This document shows, piece after piece, positions 38,789-44,402 of a DNA stretch of 44,402 bases (positions are counted from its first letter, which is position 1; the number at the start of each line of letters is the position of its first letter). Where the stretch lies: contig JYFJ02002523.1 of the NCBI GenBank assembly GCA_000934665.2, forward strand, positions 62,001-106,402, in the 5' to 3' direction. The position numbers and the translations under genes were made by a program. Under the pieces are notes generated by a model that did not search any database, was not told the DNA's origin, and saw only the letters and a program-made list of their open reading frames with translations. This DNA is from Catajapyx aquilonaris. Its lineage: Eukaryota.

Positions 38789-39101
38789 GAGTAGGGTTGA
38801 TAGGCACGCGGAAGGAGGGAGGTGAGTAGTGGCCGGGGGTAACGGCTGTGTCGCAAACGCAAGGATGAAAGTATTGATTTTTTGGAGCTTGTAATGACAG
38901 ACCGAATGTGGCAGGGGAAGGGGTACGCTGTACCAACCCAACCTAACCGTCCTTCCTTGCAGATACAGACTATCTTCAGCGGATACACGCAACACGCCTA
39001 TCCTTCAGCCTGCCTGCTCCGTGTTTGAGACACAGCCGTAGCCCCTAGCCCCCAGCCACCCCTCACCCTCCCGCCTTCCGCGATGCCTATCAACCCAACT
39101 C
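38789..39101. repeat. Long imperfect inverted repeat (arms ~38789-38860 and ~39021-39101), probably a decayed fold-back element/MITE
   Basis: gggttgataggca-cgcggaagg...acggctgtgtc aligns with the reverse complement of gacacagccgt...ccttccgcgatgcctatcaaccc, with scattered mismatches and indels. Confidence 0.8.
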
Positions 39102-40269
39102 TATCCTCAACTAGTTTAAAAAAGAGAGCAGCAAGCAGTTGGAAGCAACTGGTCCGAAATATTTATTCAATCAGTTATTCAATCACGACTTTTCTTGACG
39201 AGAAAAGCCAGCAGCGAAGTAAGTGACGCAATTTAGCTAAATAAAACAAAACAAGAAACAAGAATGAAATAATAAGCAACTCAGTCGTAGTGCTTCTCTT
39301 TAATTTGGTTGTTGGAATGTAATCCCTAACCTCTCCTCTACTTCCTCCGTCTCTTGAACTGTGACAATGTATCACCCAGTATAATATTGTGATAATTATG
39401 GTGATAGAAAATATCGTTGCACTGCTAGGCACTCAAGGACAATCGTACAGGCATTAGGCTACACCTATATCACTTGTGTTTGTATGATTTACATTATTTT
39501 ATTTAGTTTATTATATAAAATCTATTACAGAATAATTTAATTTGATTTATTTCTTATTGCATTAATAATTTCTTTTTGTGTATTGCCCTATTATCTTCTA
39601 CTCTACTAATAGAGTAATGATATGGGTGGATCTGTTTTGCTTAGGATGGAGCGTAGAAAGATGAAAATCAGCTAGATAAAGTTCATTTTGGACTTCGGAT
39701 AATCTCCTTTCCGCTGCACGCTGCGGAACACTGCCCTGCAGGATGCAGAGCCAGCCTATGGTAGGCTAGGGTTAGGTACATCAGTCAGTTGTACTATACA
39801 GTATAACTATATCTTACCATAATAACTGTACAAGTATGGGATTCCCAGACCTTATTCGAAGGATGAATGCATATACGGTACGGTATGTTACATTCGTTTT
39901 TGCTTATAGTCAGATAATTAGCTGACGCGTAATCTTCTAAGTAGGAATTATCTTTCGAGTTTTAACACAATCTCTTTTTCTAGCGGCATGCTCAAGCGAA
40001 TGAATATTGATATTATAGTAGTAAGGCGACGCGAAAGACCTAGGCCTACTGTATAGTGACAAAACCGGCGGCATATGAATTTCTCATTCTTTGTCATGGT
40101 CAGACGTAGAGTACACGATGACCATCGTTGTTGGCGGTGTATAGGCCTATTATAATTCTGATGATATTGGGAAGTGATGACTTGAATCAAATCCAACATA
40201 CTGTAGAAATGTAGTGATGGGTAACGTCACAATAACAATCTAACTATGACTGTGCTGATGTATACTGGT

Positions 40270-40546
40270 GCCTCTTTCGAACCTCGTGTCGGACAGAGAA
40301 TTTTTTGATGCCGTGGAAAGTTCAGAGGCGGTTATCTCCGTGTTCGCGTGGGTTTACTCGGCGTTATCCCATTTTATTACATAATCCAATACCTTCTCTT
40401 CCCCGTGGTGTCGTACGCTCTTTGAGCTTCCTACCTTTCCCTGATACTTTCGTTCAATAGTAATGATTGCTACAACTGTAGGGCGGCGAGAGGTTCTTCG
40501 AATCCATAACCCATGACCGCAGTGACCCAATAAACCCTGTAAAATA
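40270..40546 (+). mobile_element. Possible decayed tRNA-derived SINE with a V/Meta-like core
   Basis: B-box-like ttcgaacc (40276-83). ctccgtgttcgcgtgggtttactcgg (~40336-40361) resembles the recalled V-SINE/MetaSINE core (ctccccgtgttcgcgtgggtttcctccgg). A-rich end with aataaa. Boundaries uncertain. Confidence 0.4.
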
Positions 40547-40666
40547 TCGAAAACAACTGATTAATAAGGCAGACATCTCTCTCATGAAGTTAAGCATATG
40601 GTGCTACTTATCTAAGATCTTTCAATATAAAAATTCCAAAGTAAACTGCAAAAAATTGCTTATATA

Positions 40667-40897
40667 CAGTTGGCCCCCAGTAAGCCATAGTATCGTAATA
40701 CTTCTATTACAATACAGTTGTGTAGGCCTATTGTTATAACGGTTCTGTTTCATAGTTAACTGCTTTAAAACGTACCTTATATTATGAACAAAACTAAACT
40801 AAACTAAACTACCTTATATTATGTGGGCTCGATTTCCCTTATCCCTTATCCGCGGAGGCCTTGGAACCAATAACCGCGGTTGACAGGGGGCCAACTG
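40667..40897. mobile_element. Tc1/mariner-superfamily (pogo/Tigger-like) MITE
   Basis: 12-bp perfect TIR cagttggccccc / gggggccaactg with TA on both sides (40665-66, 40898-99). A CAGT start plus TA target duplication is typical of this superfamily. Confidence 0.8.
40773..40823 (+). repeat. 14-bp direct duplication (taccttatattatg) flanking an (AAACT)n tract, nested inside the pogo-like MITE
   Basis: Exact copies at 40773-40786 and 40810-40823 around aacaaaactaaactaaactaaac. Confidence 0.8.
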
Positions 40898-41159
40898 TAT
40901 TTATTAAAATTCAGCATAATTATTATATCGCTTGTCATAGTTCATTAGGTATTTAAAAAAATAATTGGACACTCCGTGATATGCCCCGTATCGCGTCTGT
41001 AGTGTCAAACGTTATGCTAAACCTATTGTTCGTAAACTATTACTAACGTATAGTTTTAGAGACATAAAAAATACATTGTAACTGCAAATGCTTATCATCA
41101 ATATTAGTCACCCAATATCCCAATGTACAGTACTGTCGTGAATCGTGATAAACATACCG

Positions 41160-41270
41160 ATTTTCAGTGGACATCCCTTGCTGCCGGTTCCTGCCGTCAG
41201 CGTCAGTCAGCCTGCGGTCGTTTCAGCCCATGATTCAGCCCGATGGTCCGGATTGAAAATGGCGGCACCA
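41160..41270 (+). promoter_or_regulatory. Probable FAM133 core promoter / TSS region
   Basis: Abrupt switch from AT-rich to GC/CpG-rich sequence. Initiator-like TCAGT at ~41164 and 41203-41207. YY1-consensus AAAATGGCGGC at 41256-41266. Confidence 0.55.
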
Positions 41271-41491
41271 ACTCCTGTTGGCACCACTGGAGTCGGGGTG
41301 GCCAGACGGAGGGGAGCAACATCAGATTGCAGCAGAAGGAAAAAGATGTCTGGCCAGAGCTGGCCAGGAGATTCTCTCGTGGATCGCAGCCGGAGTCCCG
41401 ACCAAGGCTGCCTTCCCTCTGACGGGGCTGCTGGGCAAGGAAGGAGGTCACCACTGCTCGTGCCAGCCAGCCATCAGAAGGGTCAGCAGCC

Positions 41492-41515
41492 ATGGGGAAG
41501 AGGGACACCAGATAC
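41492..41515 (+). CDS. FAM133: FAM133-family protein, coding exon 1 (MGKRDTRY)
   Basis: ATG in strong context (gccATGG). Peptide resembles the FAM133B N-terminus MGKRDNRV as recalled. Followed by donor GTAAGT at 41516 and a 67-nt phase-0 intron ending ...tttgtgttccag at 41582. Confidence 0.9.
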
Positions 41516-41582
41516 GTAAGTGGCCTCATCACCCAAACAGCTGCCAGGATCATTCCTTGCCAAAGTCTCCTTTGTGTTCCAG

Positions 41583-41753
41583 GCTTTCATGAACCCCATT
41601 GCTCTCTCGAGAGGCAATCCCAGGGCGCAGAGTGGGCCCACCATAAGGGACTACCTCAACAGGCAGCGTCCGACGTGGGAGGAAGTCAAACAGATCATTC
41701 AGAACAAGCAAAAGGAATGCAGCACTTTGGCAGCGTGGGAAGAAGTCAATGAG
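41583..41753 (+). CDS. FAM133: FAM133-family protein, exon 2 (AFMNPIALSRGNPRAQSGPTIRDYLNRQRPTWEEVKQIIQNKQKECSTLAAWEEVNE)
   Basis: 57 codons bounded by AG/GT. Contains the characteristic FAM133 motifs MNPIA...SGPTIxDYLNRxRPTWEEVK. Confidence 0.95.
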
Positions 41754-41980
41754 GTGTGTCTCATTTTTTAAATGTTTCATGGACAGTTCTTGTGCAAACG
41801 GTTACAAATTGGAATGGGTCGATGTAACCCTTTTGGTTCAACCTTTTGGGAGGTGGCTCCATGTAAGAAAGGAGTCAACCAGTTGTGTGCATTGATCGAA
41901 AAATGTTGCCACATTTCATCTACTCTAGCTTTACTGTAGCTGTGTGACAAAATGTTTATATTTTCCTACCTTTACTGCAG

Positions 41981-42085
41981 AAATTCCGGGATGAGTTGAA
42001 ACAAAACAGAGAGAAAATGTTTGGAGAGGGCACCTCTGGTCTTGTCGCAAAGGAAGAGAAGAAAAGGAAAAGGAAGCGCTCAAGG
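41981..42085 (+). CDS. FAM133: FAM133-family protein, exon 3 (KFRDELKQNREKMFGEGTSGLVAKEEKKRKRKRSR)
   Basis: Acceptor ttttcctacctttactgcag and donor GTAAAA; 105 nt, phase 0. Continues the family pattern (..ELxxxREKxx.. then a basic tract). Confidence 0.9.
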
Positions 42086-42775
42086 GTAAAAATTTGTTAT
42101 GCTGGGCATTTGTTAGTTTTTGAAGAAGTAGGGTTAAAGCTTTAAAATTGATTTGACAGCGTTTTCCAGTCATTCATCATGTGCAGGTGATTAGTAAGAG
42201 AAATGCCATAACTGGCATGACAGATGCCCGATTACCTCTGATTTGGTTTATGTTGCTATCTGTGGTCGCCAAAGAGTGGTGGTCGCTAAGGCCATTAAGC
42301 CTATTTCACAAATGGACGTCGCAGCTTTTGTAACATGTGACAGCAATTTTTTGACACCACTGTGACATAACTTTTTGTCCCCTGTGGCAAATCACAGTGA
42401 CCAAGGCAAGATCTGGCTGCCTTGAAGCTTGTCGCTCTGCCACGTAGTCGCCGGAAATAAATATGACGCCATGAGTGGTGTGAAAAAATTCTTGTCATGC
42501 AATACAAACGTTGCGACGTCCATATGTGAAAGAGAAAATGTGAATTGTTACATGCTTAAAATGGAAGTAGCATGTTCACAAGAAATATTTCATAGAAAAC
42601 CTACTAGGCCTAGTAGTTGTTGTGTGACAATGTAAATGGATGGGTCACCTTGATAATGCCATGATTTAAAAAAATTAATTTGAATACAGTAGGCCTTGCA
42701 TTAGGCTACTGTAATACTTAACAAAATATTGAATATTAATGTTTGAAATGTACTAATCAATCTCTTTTGTTGAAG

Positions 42776-42841
42776 TCGCGATCCTCATCTTCATCGTTGT
42801 CTTCTTTGCCACCTGATAGGGATGAAACCCAGGAGAAGAAG
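42776..42841 (+). CDS. FAM133: FAM133-family protein, exon 4 (SRSSSSSLSSLPPDRDETQEKK)
   Basis: Branch point TACTAAT, pyrimidine tract and AAG acceptor; donor GTAATA; 66 nt, phase 0. Ser-rich then acidic/basic, as in the FAM133 C-terminal region. Confidence 0.8.
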
Positions 42842-43119
42842 GTAATAGTTAATCTAGCACAATTAGTATGCAATGTTCCAAAAGCCACAATACCAAGACA
42901 AGAACTTACTGGAAGTTGCTTTTGTATTAAATTTTATTAAAGTTATGTTTCACTGGAAGTGATTTTCTAGAATAATAATTTGAGTGACTCCATTTTGATA
43001 AGTTGGGAAGTGAGAACCTTGAAGACTTTGAAAGTTTTATGTAGCTAGTTATTTTATTGTACGTGGGTTGATTCATAAGTCATGGTGCGTATTTTTTTAT
43101 TCGAAAAATGTAACCCATA

Positions 43120-43734
43120 CAGAGATGACCTTTGCTGAGTTTTGAAGATCCAGCGATTACGATTTTATCTGGCATATAGATGTTGCCCATATTGTGCAGG
43201 GCGCGGGGAAACGAAGGGGGAATGTGGCACCACCCCACCATCGCCCTAAGACGGCCGGAGCCTGATGCGCTGGAGCTGTTGGTTGCTGCATGCTGGACAC
43301 TTGGCGATTGACAACACTGGAGCTTGCTTTCGAGTGTGTGACAAGTCAGAGCACTATGATGCTTAGGACTCTGAAAGACTGAATAAAGGTCTCAGGAAGT
43401 TGCCATCCTCACGGGTTCCTCGCCCTCTCTTTGAGGTGTAAAATGCCACCATTTTGCCCTGGCTTGGAACTCAATCGCATTGAGGGCGATGGTTTTTTAA
43501 ATCTGTTTGTGGCGCTGGATCACACAGTCATGGTGCTCTGACTTATTGTCCCACACTCGAAAGCAAGCTCCAGAGTTGTCCATCGCTGAGTGTCCAGGAT
43601 CGGGCCTTCATAGGGCGATGGTGCAGTGGGAGGGAGGGTCACATTCCCTGATTGTTTCTTTCTTCTTTTCTTTCCCCCNGGGCGCATGAAATTGAAATTG
43701 GCGGAGCTTAAAAATTCTGCAAAGGTCATCTCTG
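43120..43734. mobile_element. Fold-back non-autonomous DNA element with long imperfect inverted arms, in FAM133 intron 4
   Basis: Ends cagagatgacctttgc / gcaaaggtcatctctg match perfectly over 16 bp. Arms ~43120-43359 and ~43528-43734 share further blocks (gggaatgtg, accatcgccct, ctggagcttgctttcgagtgtg, aagtcagagcac). No clean TSD seen; an ambiguous base (n) lies at 43679. Confidence 0.8.
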
Positions 43735-44350
43735 TTACTCTGTATGTGCTACTGTTTTGGAATTTAAAAATATGTGCAATGACTTATGAATCATCCCATG
43801 TAGTACTGTACTGTAACTTATTATTCAGATTTAATGTTACTTTTCATTTCTGTTTCACTTGCACTAATTTGACTCTGAAAGTAACATTTTGAAAGCTTGC
43901 ATTCACAATACTGCTTTCCTACCCCCAAAAAAGTTATATCTGCATATTGTGATAAAGTCATGGTTCTCTTTGAGTTAACTAGCCCATGTGACCTTATTGC
44001 AATGTGCTATTTTTTAGTAGAAGAGAAGAGTAAAGCTGCGTTTACATGTGAGTGATTTGATCAGCTCATACGTAAACGTGGCTTAATGATTTTAATGGCA
44101 GTTATGACTTTGTTTTCCTTGGGTTGTAAAAGTGCAAGTTTGTGTCACATACCCATACGCCATATCATGATTCCCAAAGTTTTTGATGGAGGCCATAAAT
44201 TTAAATTACTGCAGCTCTTCATCTTGAAAGTGCGCAAAAGTGGGAGTTACTGAGATCCCAACGTATTGGTTGCTTTTGGAGATATACAGCATGCTAATCT
44301 ATGATAGTTTTTGGAGAATTGCGTAATTAGTGGGGATAATTTATTTGCAG

Positions 44351-44402
44351 GCAAAGAAGAGAAAGAAAGCAAAGAAGCATAAGAGCAAGAACTCGAAGCA
44401 TG
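44351..44402 (+). CDS. FAM133: FAM133-family protein, exon 5 (partial, AKKRKKAKKHKSKNSKH...), truncated by the window end
   Basis: Acceptor ttttatttgcag. The phase-0 reading gives a Lys-rich tract typical of the FAM133 C-terminus. Confidence 0.8.

Noticed and set aside
40174..40258. C/D snoRNA-like boxes (GTGATGA ... CTGA)
   Set aside because: No terminal stem, not in an evident intron, and the rRNA-like word (taactatgact) is sense rather than antisense.
447..41100. The many 60-141 aa ORFs in the ORF track upstream of FAM133
   Set aside because: Short, overlapping on both strands, often starting at non-ATG codons, and with no recognisable domain; consistent with chance ORFs in non-coding eukaryotic DNA.
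1..41100. A CDK6/CDK4-like gene (neighbour of FAM133B in vertebrates)
   Set aside because: No kinase motifs (GxGxxG, HRDLKP, DFG, WYRAPE) in the ORF track or in the exon candidates I translated. Short exons could have been missed.
1..44402. Window-wide enrichment of CSL, TEAD, Otx/K50, E-box or NF-kB sites; conserved miRNAs; tRNA; CRISPR
   Set aside because: Rough manual counts were near random expectation. Only seed-length matches to known miRNAs were seen, and no cloverleaf or repeat-spacer array was found.

Overview
Eukaryotic (invertebrate animal-like) genomic DNA, almost entirely non-coding. The only protein-coding gene I can support is a spliced FAM133-family gene on the + strand at the right end: five GT-AG exons from 41492, running off the window. 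The ~41 kb upstream has no recognisable coding sequence, and the ORF-track entries there look like chance ORFs. It alternates AT-rich stretches with GC/CpG-richer, motif-dense blocks. It contains a candidate divergent (- strand) promoter and first exon at ~35150-35700, which would make most of the window a large first intron. It also holds several non-autonomous mobile elements: two copies of a 22-bp-TIR MITE carrying CRE/GC-box/NRF1-like motifs, a TA-flanked pogo/Tigger-like MITE, two long fold-back elements and a decayed SINE. A pre-miRNA-sized hairpin lies at 5471-5539, and there are microsatellites. I found no tRNA, rRNA, CRISPR array or transposase, and no novel system is demonstrated. 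The best leads are the hairpins, the motif-carrying MITE family, the divergent transcription unit and the uORF-rich FAM133 leader.
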